From contig NC_134030.1 in NCBI RefSeq assembly GCF_964204645.1, forward strand, positions 10,623,947 through 10,687,946: a stretch of DNA of 64,000 nt, in the 5' to 3' direction. Below, piece by piece: positions 11,901 to 25,700 of this stretch. This stretch comes from Tubulanus polymorphus (taxonomy: Eukaryota; Animalia; Nemertea). A program made the translations under genes and the position numbers. Numbering within the stretch: the first letter of the stretch is position 1; every line of letters starts with the position of its first letter. The notes under the pieces were generated by a model. The model saw nothing but the letters and a program-made list of their open reading frames with translations. It ran no database searches and had not been told where the DNA came from.

Positions 11901-13854
11901 ACATTACATAAAAGAATCCCAAATTCAATAAAGTTACAAATTTTTAAATAAGAAAATACAACATACAAGACACATGTGTTATTTATACGGAATAACATAA
12001 ACAAGCCTATTGCTATTTCAAAAGACAATGTCTACTTCAACCCACGACTGCGGATCGAGTCGGCAGCCGACCCGGTCAAGCCCGGTCGACCTGTAACACC
12101 TACCCAATCGCCAAATCTCATAATTCCCCAAATTTCTTTAAACTTCGATTTCAAATTTGCAATTCCACATTAGCTTATCCCAGAAATTCTACATTTTTTT
12201 CGCAGGCGTCAAATAATTTATTAGAAAATTTTCTATGCCTGGAGCGCAATGGGTTTGATTTTGAATCTCTATCTGAAAGACGAATAAGAATGATTTCGTA
12301 ATTATAAGATTTCGTAATTCATCGATATTTCCAAATTCTATCGCTTGCTCGGTCAGATCAATCGGGGGATCAATCATCGCAAATTTTCCCAAAATTAATC
12401 ATTCTCGATGCACGTTTTGAATGATTCCATCAATTCATTCTCGATGTAATATTGACCCCGACAGGTCGTCGACAAATCCGTTACCGCAACTGTTTTGCTT
12501 TTGTGTATTGTCACCTAAATTGTTATTTCGATCGAATATGATTATTTTATAGGTTCGTATCTTTATCACACGCACACGAAAGACGAATGGGCCAAAACCG
12601 CGTGTGAATAGAACCAAATTTTACGCTCGTTGCCATCGAGTCGCCAAAGCATATGTTGACTGTATTTTGCTCGGTTATAGACAAATCGAGCTGTCGCCCC
12701 GCTCCCGCCGTTCCTAGCGTTTTCCGTCGACTTTCACACTGTTGTTTTCACCGATGACAACGGCTACCAACGCGCACATATAAAGCGCCGTCTGGGCCCG
12801 GATCTGCCCGGCGGCCATATCGCTGCGAACGAGCAGCGCATCTCGGGCGCTAATTGCGCGTCCAAGCTGCGGAGTTAGTTATCTATAGAAAGTGGGCCCG
12901 GCCCACATCCCCGGCGGCATCGGTAAAATACGCGATCTCACACCGTTCGCAGATGCAATTATAAATCATCGGCATGATCATGCGGCGAGGAGGATGTTTT
13001 TTTTTCTGGGTAAAAATTCACCGCTAAGAATGATAATTTAGACAGCCGCATGACACTGCGCAGGGATGTGGCGACGACGCGGCTGGATGCTATTGAAACC
13101 GAGAATAAATGATTTAGACGTCACCTTAGAAAGCTTAGATCCGATCGTTAACTGTAGATTTATGGTTATGAACGCTGGAGTCAATAGCAAAAAAAAATAT
13201 AATCGGAACAACAGACCGCGGACTTATTCATCATATCCGAAATTTGCGAAAATTCAATATCAGGTCTTTTCGTGCCCCATGACGATAATGATCATCATCA
13301 TAATATCATATCTATTTCCTTGTCAACAGTTAAAAAGTTAATATATAGCGACAGTGGCAAAAACTTCCCGACGAATGCTCTTGAAAAACCTCGGTCTTTT
13401 ACGTACAACGGGTTGATATCGTATCATAATATAGCATCATGTGAAATAGATATAAATCCTAATAATCCATAAAAGGCGGTCAAGAATAAATAAATAAAAG
13501 CTGAAAATTTGTTTTTCGCAAATCAGTTATTTTAGTCAAAATTAATTTGTCTGTGGGCAATAAAATCTTGGTTGCGTGTTTTTAATCGTTAGAAAAATGA
13601 TGACACTGTGAGAATGTGAAATCCCTCGTCTATAATACATTGTTTTAGTATATAAAGTATACTTTCTTTTTCCGCGTTATTTTTTGTTTAAAGATACTTC
13701 TAAGCCAATAACTTTTTAGATTTTTCACGCTCATGTAAGTGTGGTTTTCCCTATATACAATATGGAATATTGGAACGTTTCCGTGAGTCCAGGCACATCT
13801 TTCAGTCACCGTTAGTTGTTGTAGAGCTTGATATCGTATTGATATGCGTACGCG

Positions 13855-13905
13855 GACAGTATCCCTGAAGATGACTATAAGTACATAGTCGAAACGTCGA
13901 ATAAA
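13855..13905 (+). ncRNA. Minimal hammerhead ribozyme motif in a Penelope-like LTR remnant
   Basis: CTGAAGA-T-GACTAT-AAGTAC-ATAGTC-GAAACGTC/G followed by AATAAA; perfect 6-bp stem II, weak proximal stem I. A degenerate oppositely oriented motif lies at ~13773-13810. Confidence 0.6.
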
Positions 13906-16044
13906 CTATACCAGCTCAAGCAAAACATTTTTGGACTTTATTTTTTCGTCTTTGTATCGTGGGATCCTCGTTATATCATCGTCACAACACGGATATAGCG
14001 CCTTATCGATGGTGGTAACACGGACCTTCGAGTAATCATTCGTCAAATTATTAACCCCGAGCACGGACTTCGTTCGATTGAATCCGCTGCACCTGCGATA
14101 TTTTACTTATACCGCAGTGTGATATCATAAACGATATAAATATAGTCTATAGTGATATCAATAATATATATACTAATCGTCTTTAACACGTGATTGCATT
14201 CGTATGTGTCGTCCATCGATTGCGTAATCCATTGAGAAATAGCGCGTACACTAGCGGAAGCATCGAATATTCATCTTCCGGTCAGTTAACACTTGCTGTA
14301 CGTAATGATTTACGCGGCTCTCGCGTGCCAATCCAAATACTATTCTGCACTATGTCTATTATCTTGATTGTAATTGTGACAAGCTCAACACTAGAAGGAA
14401 AGAATGTCTTTTCCTCGGTTTTATGGTTAGATTCGTCTAGCCTATATTCGATTCAATTGAATTTAATTCAAAAGATCTTTTAATTGCCCCGTAATGAGTT
14501 TTTGAATTATTGGTTTTCGTTCAATAAAGACCGGAATATATGATATAAAGATATGAAAAATTCTAATAGTTATTTACAAAGCCGGGTGTAATACATGGAT
14601 CCTACATGATTAAATTTGTAGGCAAGATATTTCTACACGGAAACTACTAAAAAAATGGACAATGCGATTTTGCCCCAAAATATTAATTACCAATCTTTTT
14701 GTACTACGTATCAAATTCAGCAGAAAACAATGAAATATGCCAGTGAAATAGACATATTCCAGGGATATACCATATCAGTCGCTTGCCAGCTCAGGATGGA
14801 CAGAAAATAGTTTTCCCGAACCGGAACCGAACCAATTTAATAAAAGAATGTAATTCGACCTCTATATTTCGAATGCGATTTACGATTTCATAATCGAATC
14901 TTCCCGGTAGATGTGGCATTTGAAAGGGACAAGCGAGATGAATAAGATGTTAAAATTCGAATCTAGACAGATCTAGGGAACTTGCCGAATAGCGTATCGT
15001 GTGGACATCTTTCTCTAAAACGAGTCATCATTCAGGTTAACTGTAAAATCGCCGAAGGTCCAAGCCACTGGTTTAGAACACACAAATCAGTCTTGTATAC
15101 GACCTTTATTTTCGATAAACCATCAAAACTCAAAACGATTATGAAGATTGAACTATCAATATCGAATTCTCGTCACTCTCGTGACCATCAATTCGAAATC
15201 TAAATATCTTTTTTGAATTTTGAATTCAAATTTATTCTTTTTTAAAGTATATAACATTATTGCATGGATATTACAAACATAAGTTAACGAAGAAGAAAAA
15301 GACTGAAACAGTCTATCTAGGCCGCATCATCTTTTAGATATCTTGGTATAGAAAGAAATGTATCGTCATCTGATACGAGCGCTGCTCCTCTGGGATAGAA
15401 AAAATCGGACGCAAAAAGGTATCGTTTATCCAATTTCGAAAGAACCAGAATCAAAATTTAAAAAAAATGTCCTCGGTAAACCCCCTCTTTCTGCATATAG
15501 CTGATTTCATACAGAAAATGATATACATGTTTAGCAGTGTTACATAGAAAGAGTCTAGATAGAAGACTTGGATATCTATTTAGTCGCCGCCCGGTCAATA
15601 GTCCCAGATCCCGGTTGCAGAAAACAGATGCTCGCACGCTTTACGTCATGTCGCGAACGCGCAATGAGGAATGATTTAATTGGCGAAATGCCGCTGGAGG
15701 CAAAGACTCGGAATTAATTTGGAAGAAAGTGAGCACCGTGCATCCGAAAAGGCACGTGCAGAAACGTTTTATGAATATAATAAAGCAAAGATGAAATTCA
15801 CTGGACCCGCAGTTCGGCATATGGGGATTATCAATCGGAAACCGTGGCCCGCCTGATTTGCTAACATTGTCATAATTTCTGAATGCGTTTGTGACACTAG
15901 CGTCAGAATTGACTTCACGTTGTTACATTGTTCTCTGCGTGCAGGATATAACTTAGTTATGATTGTTAGTTTCTTATTTACAAGCCAGGAAAAAGCGTGA
16001 AATATCGATAAGCGGATTTTCCGTGTTTGGTGAAAAAAAATATG

Positions 16045-16116
16045 TTCCCACACCGGGAATCGAACCCGGGCCGCCTGGGTGAAAGCCAGGAATCCTAACC
16101 ACTAGACCATATGGGA
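16045..16116 (-). tRNA. tRNA-Glu (anticodon TTC)
   Basis: TCCCATATGGTCTAGTGGTTAGGATTCCTGGCTTTCACCCAGGCGGCCCGGGTTCGATTCCCGGTGTGGGAA: 72-nt cloverleaf, A and B boxes, T8 Pol III terminator just downstream. Confidence 0.97.
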
Positions 16117-17400
16117 GCTTGACGTCACTGGAATGGAAAATGAATATGGTTTAAACTGTGCTGTTTAAGCAATTTCATTTTGTTCCCTCTTATAAAAGTT
16201 TAGTAACGCGTGTTTGATCAATTTTATCCGATATCTTTTTTGTAACGTACCGTTTGTTTTCTCCCTTTGTAAATTCTCGATGTTTTGTTTTTTTTCCTTT
16301 CTTAGGTGCTAGCGCTCAGAAGGCTTTATTAGTACAGTTATTAGGATGTTATATCTATTGAATAGCATGTCAAAACCTTCGCGTGAAATGAAATTTATGT
16401 AAAACACGAAGTATCCAATTTTGATATGTTAACACCCGGTACTGTAAACTAACTCTACCCCCCCCCCCCTGTGGGCCAGCCGATATTTACGATATGGGCT
16501 ATAAATACGTAACAATCTCAAAGGTGCAAGGCAGTCGTTAAGGAAAGAACTCAAAAAATTATATTTATACATTAGGCAAGGGCTAGTTTTAGCACACAAG
16601 TTCAAAAGGCATTCTATATCTACTTTTTTTATAGGGGCGTATCTAGGCTTTGTGCAAGATTTCAGGGTAACTTACATTTCAGAGAGGGTCGGGAGTTGCA
16701 CAACCCCTGCTCCGCCTGAATCCACCCGTGAAATAAGAGGTGGTCGTCTGTCGACCGTTTGACGTACCCTTGTGACTGACGGCGACGCCTAGACACTGGG
16801 AGCGACGCCAGTCGGAAAGATGAAGACGCAACACAAGGGTAGTTATCGCTATCCAAAAACCCCTAATTGTGGTTAGGACAAATAAAGCTATATCTTAATC
16901 TTAATCTTAATTTTAATCCTAAACCGTCTCTCCCAGTCGCAACAGCACTTTTGCAAGCGCCTATTTGCAAGCAGTGCAAGCGTTCGCGGCGGCGAGCATT
17001 CGACACTTGCCCTACGCCCGCCTTAAAAGCGATTCGTGAATTTTCTACATGTGCGTAGTATTCATTTAAAAGACTAACTTTGCGACAGGGCTCTATTCGA
17101 TTCATGACAATGTATTCATATCTTTGCTGCGAGTTACACTGACATTAAAATTCCATGGTGGCCCGTAAATCCAAGCGCACACGACATCTGCGTCATCAAA
17201 ACAGAAAACACGTTTACACAAACGTTGCGATTAAGTATAAGTTTTACCCGCAAACGATAAAGCTTTCGACGTACACGGCAAATATTCTATTGCTCTAACA
17301 CCGAGTCAGATCAGGAAGACTAATATTATTGTCTTGGGTTGGTGATATCAAAGAGTACTTATTGGAGAAGACTTAATGTCCGGGAGGCTAAAAATTTCAG

Positions 17401-18420
17401 GGTCCAGTTCCACAGTTCCGAGTTAAGATCCAACTCTGAGTTAACTCATTGAAAATGAACCCTTTCACTCTGAGTTAACTCTAACTCAGAAGTGTGGAAC
17501 TGGGTCCAGAAGACTAAATGGGTGAATTCCGAGTCATTATGAGAAATTGACTCCTGGTTCCCAAATTGTCAGGATCCAACCATCAGTTCTGAGTTTTCGA
17601 TATGCGCTTGTCTTATAAGGTTTCCCAACAGTTCAGTTTTCTGGTTCTTCTTCGAATAAAATTCTATGCGAGATGCTCTGCGCGTTACTGGAGAGATGAA
17701 AAAAAATGATCACGCTTATAAATAGTCCATCCATTCGTTATCAAATCGTCGTTAATGGCGATAAAGACACGTCGCTTGACACCGACAAATATCGACAACA
17801 ATTTCCTGGCTGCGGAGACAGTGGGTTGCCGGGCAGCTGTCGGTTAAACCCCTCAACCCGGACTACCGGCACCTCGATCACCTGCCAAATCCAATCCACC
17901 CAACGCATTTCGAACTAAAACTGTCATCGTTTTGTAAAATCGACCATTAAATATTCATGCGAATAGGCAACGGAAAGTCGAGAAAGTTTCTGAGCGAGAG
18001 TTAAAGCCGATGAAATACATATATGTATATACATATACGTACAGATGTAAAAGTTCATGACTTCGCAAATCAATTGGATCCAATTTGACAGTTGTGAGTT
18101 AGAGTTAACTCTGAGTAAAAGTTAGTTCATTTTCGATAAGTTAACTCAGAGTCAAATCTTAACTCAGAACTGTGGAACTGAACCCCGGGTCTTGATACCG
18201 CATGATAACTAAAACTACAGGACCCGTTTGATTTATCACATAGAACTGTGCAACCAGATTCAACTCCGAGTCATTCTTTAACTCTGAGTTAGGGAATTTA
18301 AATCTGGATCCACTTCCACTGTCGTGAATAAGAGCTCACTCTGGGTTAAATTCAGTTCATTATCGATGAATCAACTATGAGTGAAATCTAAAATCAAAAC
18401 TGTGGAACTGGATCCAGAGT
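17401..18420. mobile_element. Cluster of CWG-TSD MITE copies
   Basis: Full copy at 17401-17506 plus about three further or degenerate copies at 18075-18420, in both orientations. Confidence 0.75.
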
Positions 18421-21400
18421 TATTAGAGTAAATCAAAAACTGTGAAACCGGAATCCTGAAATGCTTAATAATAAGATTTTACAGTGGAGTAAAATTTGCA
18501 TCCAGCGAATAACTGAAAAATTAGTAAGCCTAATTAGTAGTGTAGTTTTGTCTTATAATAGAAATCCATTCATTCTCCAAGTTCATTTCTAAAAGACAAT
18601 GTGGGGATCGCAGTTAATTCTATCCCACTGCAGAAAACATAACATTAAATCGTTCTGGCCTTCAGCTTGATTTTCGGGTTGATGAAAAAGTCGTTATTTT
18701 CATATATGATTACAGATTGGTTTGATAATAGCTCTCGCAAAATGGATTTCATGAGTTCCTAATAAAAAAAAGAAGATTGTTTGAAATGTGGTCATAGCTG
18801 ACGATTTCGTAAAAGAATTAACTCATAGCGCAGCAGATGGTCGTGTTGGAAAGATTCGTTCAAAATAGGCCGGCTAGAATTGTTTCTTTTGATGAAATCA
18901 TCGTTTTCAAAAGCAACTGTGAAGCCTGTCGCGATTCGCGGTTGAGTTCCGAAATAATGCGAATGGATAGGTATATTTCATTTCAAACTCGATCGGAATC
19001 TGACACCATAATCTGCGTTGACCTTTTCCACCGTTGTTTCTAATCACACTCAAAAGATTACATGACCCGCCTTTATCGAACAAAAGAAACCCGATTCCAG
19101 ATTTTCGTAACTACATTATATTCCACTTCTTTCAAGAAGAATGATTTTTTTTTTCGTCGACAGATTTCATCGCGGCGGTCTCTCCCACCTTCCTGTAGAG
19201 TTGATAGACTATATTCATAACTCATTGAACTATGGTTTCATGGTCGTAATAGAGAAATTCGATATCGCCGGGGTCTGTCTAAATTAACGCGTTCTGTTGC
19301 GTCTTTCTGTGGCTTCCGGTATAACAATTATTGTAAGCTCGATGATGATCGCGTGATGTTACCAAACAAGAACCCGGTAATTACTAAAAAACATCTTTTA
19401 TGACCCGCCTCCAATTACGGCGAGATTACAGGCGACAAGGTTTCTTGTAACAGCGAAGAGAAACGGGTTTCCTTTTGACGTTTGTTTTAGAGCCGTTCTG
19501 TCGATATCGGCTCGAACAATGAACGACGTTACACAACCGCCGTGTCCGTTTCAACTAGACCTACTGGAGTGCGTTATAGTAGAGGCGGCCATTCCCGCAA
19601 AAAATCACCGTTTCGTCTATTTGTCTGTACATTGATAAAATTTCATATAGTCTACAGTTAGACATTTTGACTACGACAATACGATACTATATTCATACGA
19701 TTTAATCTTATATAACATGGGCGGATCCATGGCCCTATCCCGAGGGAGTTCCAAATAGTATAAGGGCACTCATTATTATGGGGGAGTGCTCCTTCTATGT
19801 CAAATCACGGCAAAAAGGGCACTTAACTTGTGGTTCTCAGGGCACTTACTACGCTAAATTATGCCAAATGAGGGCACTTTTACGTCAAATCCATGGATTA
19901 AGGGCATCTTCAGGGGCACAGACAAAGCTCGACGGTATTCCAGAACCCTCGGAACCCTGTATAAGTTTTAGGTAAATTGATACCTAGTTTCACCTTTCTG
20001 CTGTGCTTAAATGTCGACCCAGCCGGCCGCCTGTCTACCCTGCACATTATTTCTTCTGCTGTGTATAGTAGTTAACCCAGCCGTCCGCCTCTCTACCCCA
20101 TACATAACTTTTTAAAGGATCATGATCGATTTTACGGTAACAGACGTGGCAGCCGTAGAAATGAAATGCTTACAAATTGTATTCCATTTTTAAAAATAAC
20201 CCGGCCGATTAGGAGGACGAAAGTAAGATTTTTGTTTCAGCCTAAGATTGTATCTTATTACATTTCATCAAAGTGTAACGTCTAGCCTGTAATGCTGGCT
20301 ATTTTACACAAGGGCCAAATATACTATCCGTACAGTATCGCCGCCTTGTGTCAAAGAATCGACATTACACGTCTTCTTCGATTAAAACGGCGATACGAAT
20401 ACATGAAATGGAAAACGATTTTATATATCAGCATGTTGCGTGTCTCAAATTCTGCGGGAATAATGGAATAACCAACTTAATCGTGTATAGCTACATTATG
20501 ATTAATTCGCCGAAGTTTCCTTAGACTTTCATAAAGAGCAGACTACTGTTATCCATCTAAGAGTTCGAAATGAGATGACAAAAGATAGAATGATTTGATT
20601 AGAGGGGTAATTGATATCATTACACCGCATGTCATCCCGGGTCGTCTGCGATTAAGACTATGAAACGAAACGTGAGCGCACGCGACACACGCTAAAACGC
20701 GAACACAAAGGCCGAAACGTTCCAGCTGGCTGTTCTCATACGAGGGCGAGGTACCAACTGCTAGGACGCGATTTTTGGTTTAAATGCTTAATTAATAGAA
20801 TTCACGCAGCTCTACGGAAAATGCTGAAATTATGAAAGCACGAGTCTATTGTAGAAGTAATAATCGGGTATAGATATACATAAAATACACAATGTGGGAA
20901 TGATAGCCCTACGCAGGCCCGTGGCGAGAGGATTCGGGGGTAGCTAACCAGAACCCCCTCACATTTTTAGATTTTTTCTAAAAGTCAGTATAAAAAAAAT
21001 TGGGTCAAAATTTTTCGAAATTTAGATACAATTTTCATGTATTCTTAATGGAATTAAAAATTATCCATTCGGAATGATTCATTCAGGTACCCCGGCACTT
21101 CGTATTCAAGATCTGCTCTCTTTCCACTAGGAAAATGTCCCTTTTCGTGGTAAAAATTGTCATTTTTCTTGAAATAGAACTGACCCTAAAAAGCTCATCA
21201 CGGGCCTGACCACGCGAGCTATCATCTCAGCCGCAATCTTGAAATGATTGCTCGTAGGATAGCCGTAAACTGGTCCGTAAACTGGTATCATTTCTTACGT
21301 AGCATTTTCTGAGGCAATTCCATAGATTTAACCTTCCGGATTTTGAAAGCGAAACGGATACAAGAACCAATAGGCCGCGAATGAATGTACATGGCCCCTA

Positions 21401-22763
21401 ACTGATAATTCCTATTCATGGATGTTTTCACGGCGTTCGCGTAGAAGGCCTATTATTCACATATCGTTCATAACGTTCTATCTACAAGCCAGTATAATAT
21501 TCTTCGGGGAATGCATCCCCACCCCTAAGCTGCTCTGATGTGGAATTGCATAACTAAAGAGCGAAAGGGGAATGTACATTGTGTCAGAAATTAGTTCTAT
21601 TTTGATTCCCAGTCAGAAATGTGATTCACACTCAAAATTTCATCAATACTCGCTAATTATCGTCCTTACGGTCAATTAAATCTAAATGAAGAACCTCAAA
21701 CGGACCGCCAACCAATATCCATTTCGCTTTAATTGAAATATTTTTTGTAAGTGAAATCGGTCCAATCACTGGATTTCACTGATGCATTCATTATCGATCA
21801 ATTTAAGAAAGAAGATTCCCGTAATTTTCTATAACCTTCTTTCGTGTATCGTGTTGGAGAGGAAGGACAGTTTGAGAAGGAGACATAATGATTGTTCTAC
21901 AGTCGCTTCGTTGAGCCGGATACAGACCTACCGACTATAGTCTAAGTTCTATCATGCATATTTCATTGGTTAATTCGATGGATTTAGACAACTTCGGCAA
22001 CGTTCGCGTGAATCCCGTAGTTGTTAGTGATGAAAAATTCATGAGGTTAAAACGGTGCCACAATGTCGTCAGAATTCACCGAATAACCAATGGAATATGA
22101 TCAAACACGCATCATAAATAGTTTTTGATAAAGGTTTAAAAATGAACCAACGCAGGACAAAAGTACCCGTACAAAATGGCGGCTGGCAACACAGTAAAAT
22201 GGTTTATCGTTTTGGCACAAATAATTTTGGTTTTCGAATACGGGACGTATTAACAAAAACTCACTAAACCCGTTCTTTTATTGGGAATGGTGTTTTCAGT
22301 ACTGCGCGCCATTAGGTTATAACACATCTACACATTATGAAATATTTCTGGTTTGAAGCACGTACATGTATGATACAATATTTTAGGCATTTCTATCGTC
22401 TACAAGAGCCCTCCGCCGCGCAAACCCGATTACGACAACGCCACCTGTTTCATAAGTGTCGTACGGTTTGGGGGTGATTGAGTGGTTTCACCATAGAACT
22501 CAGTGTTTCACAGATTGGAATTATGCCGAAATAATCGCATAATTGCTACTAGTTTTCACAGAAGAATAGCATCCCGAGAGGGATGTATGTGATCACGCCA
22601 CTTTTACGTGTGCTTAGCTTAAAACGGTATTGGTAAAATTATGAAGAGGTACGATATGAGACTTAATCCGTGTTCGTTTGCGATATATATCCAACGGTGA
22701 ATCCATCCAAATATACCTACGCGGTTACTTGATGGTATACGTAGTTAACTTGCACTGATCACC

Positions 22764-25700
22764 ATGGATAAGTTGGTTCTGATGTTATCGTTTCTTGCAT
22801 TGGGTATGTATACACACTAGGATGTATACACACTAGGACAGAAATGTATCAAATTTCCGAATCGTACGGAAGCGTCCAGGGGGACATAATTAATATTTTA
22901 TTTTTTTGCCGATTAAAAATCATAAAATTGAATAAAAATTCGACTTTTTATTAAATGTTATGTTTTTTTCAACCGACGTTGATTTAATTCCGACTTTTTT
23001 CACGGAATTAAATCATTCTTTTTAGATTTTATCTTTTTTCAAACGGCGTTGATTTAATCCCGACTTTTTCACGGAATTAAATCATTCTTTTTAGATTTTA
23101 TCTTTTTTCAAACGGCGTTGATTTAATTCCGACTTTTTCACGAAATTAAACCATTTTTTATCTAAAGTCGGAATTAAATCACCGCCGGCCTATAAAAGAT
23201 AAAATTGAATGAAAAATGATTATCTCCGATAATGATTAACTCCGTGATAAAAAGTCGCAATTGAATCGCCACCGGTCGAAAAAAATAGAATTAAAAAATG
23301 ATTAAATTCCGTGAAAAAAATCAAATCAAATCAAATCACCGCCGGTCGAGAAAAACATAACATTTAATAAAAAATCGGATTTTTTTATGATCTATGATTT
23401 TTCAATCAGCGTGAAATAAAAGGATTAATCATATCCTCAGGACGCTTCCCTAGAATCGTGATCATCTCCTTTGAGATGCCAGTTATGTAGAGGTTGACGC
23501 CGTAACGAAGAAAGGTATTGGGGGCTGCAACACCTGTTTATTCCGGCAAATAACATGATTAGCACTCGATCATACGTTGTCAAGATTAGTTCATTCTCAT
23601 TGAACTTTGACGTGAATTGTTCGGCTCCCGAATCCACATAATATCTCAGCCCCCACCAAATATACTTCGAATTCACTTCTATACTTAGTGTTTGGTATAG
23701 CTTTCATTATCAATTGATTTATTCGAGAGAAAATTTCATTCAACCTTAACTAAAATGCAGAAGAAATCGAACACGGAAGACCGAGTTACTACTAGCGAAC
23801 CCGGTGAATCCTCACCTGCCATAAGTGGAATCCTCGATTGCCACAGTAGTGTGGGCAAATAACTCCCTATTAGAAAATTATTGGAGAATGATGATAGCAT
23901 TTTAATTCAACAAGAAACTGTTTAGTAATGATTCGAAATACGCATTTATGTAACTCCGTTTGATTTTTTTTTCGGTACAGCTTCGGTCATTTCTGGAAAA
24001 TCTGTCCATCGTGAAGAAAGGTCCGCAGGTAAAATTCCCAGAAACACGTTCCTGTCCTGACCGCTCAAAATCCACCGACGCGTTTAAAAACAATTACGCG
24101 TGCTTCATATCTATTTCAAGTATTTTTTCTACTAACAGCTGCAGCTGCTGTCGCTTTTGAACCGGATATCTACGCGGTTGATCCTAATCCGAATACGATT
24201 GCGGAAATACCAGGTAAGTATTCAAATTCTTCTTGTTTCTATACGAAATACTTGTCAACGAGAGAACTCTCACCGCACAAAAAATGGATACATCAGTATA
24301 TTTCCAGATGTTTATATAGACACCCATCTTAAAAGCAGTTATGGAATTACCCATCTCCGTACAACTACTTTCAAATTTTCGAGATTTTTTTGCACGTCGA
24401 TATCGAGAATATCTTTGCATATAGTCACAATGCTTTTCCGAAAATTCAATTTCTAGATTGTAAAGAATGTAGCATGTCGTGTGAATTTGGAAAAGTAATT
24501 GGCGATGATGGCTGTCCACTTTGTCAATGCAAACCTAAACCTGGTAAGTATACTCTGTTGCGCTATATCCTGACCTATGAGACGATGAAATGTTTGTTTT
24601 TATGCTGAATATATTGCGGTATTTTAAGTAAAAACCTATAAGTCGAAATTTTGAGATATATCTATAAATTACACTATCCCGTTGAAATTTCGGAATTTTG
24701 CACTTGCTTGTTAGTCACCAAGACTTTTTTGTAAATTCAAATTATATCTCAAACCGTTTCTAGCTTGTAAAGAATGTAGTATGTCGTGTGAATTTGGAAA
24801 AGTAATGGGCGACGATGGCTGTCCACTTTGTAAATGCAAACCTAACCCTGGTAAGTTTACTCTCTGACGCTATACTCTTACATATGAAACGATGAAATGC
24901 GGGAGACATGCGGTGACATACATATTTGTATTGATATTGTTTTAAGTAAAACTGGGAAAACTTTTAAATTGCTAAATACACTTTATAAAGCAACGTTGAA
25001 AAAGATCGATAGAAAAATCGCGATCCCGAATCAGGCATTGAGAATCCTCTTGTCGAAGAAGTCGTCGATTTTGAGGGAGAATTTCAGTCAGGTTAGACAA
25101 ACAAAAGCGAATATGAACTTTTTCAATTTGCTTTTATGTAAATTCAAATTATATCTTATACAATTTCTAGATTGTAATGAATGTAAAATGTACTGTGAAT
25201 TTGGAAAAGTAATGGCCGACGATGGCTGTCCACTTTGTCAATGCAAACCTAAACCTGGTAAGTTTACTCTCTGACGCCATACCCTGAACTATGAGACGAC
25301 GAAGACGTTTTTATTTTCAGTGAATATGATAATAGTAACTGGTGTGATGGCTGTCCTCTTTGTAAATGCAGAACTAAGTTCAGGTTATATCTTACATGAT
25401 ATCTAGTTAGTAAAAACTTTAAGATAGATTGTAAATTTGGACCTGTTATTGGCGAGGTTGATTGTTGTGTGACTTGTGATGCGTACAACATCATCCCGTT
25501 GTGACATACATGTATCGATATTGTTTTAAGACAAACTGTGAAAACTTTGAAACTGCTTAACACATTTTAGGAAACAACATTGGGAAAAGATCGATAGAAA
25601 AATCGTTTTTCTTTTATTTCAAGACGATTCCGAATCAGGCATTGAGAATCCCCTTGTCGAAGAAGTCGTCGATTTCGAGGAAGAATTTCAGTCAGGTAAG

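Noticed and set aside
23761-23803. Possible extra exon of the antistasin gene (tgcag...ccg|gtgaat)
   Set aside because: In-frame TAG in the required phase.
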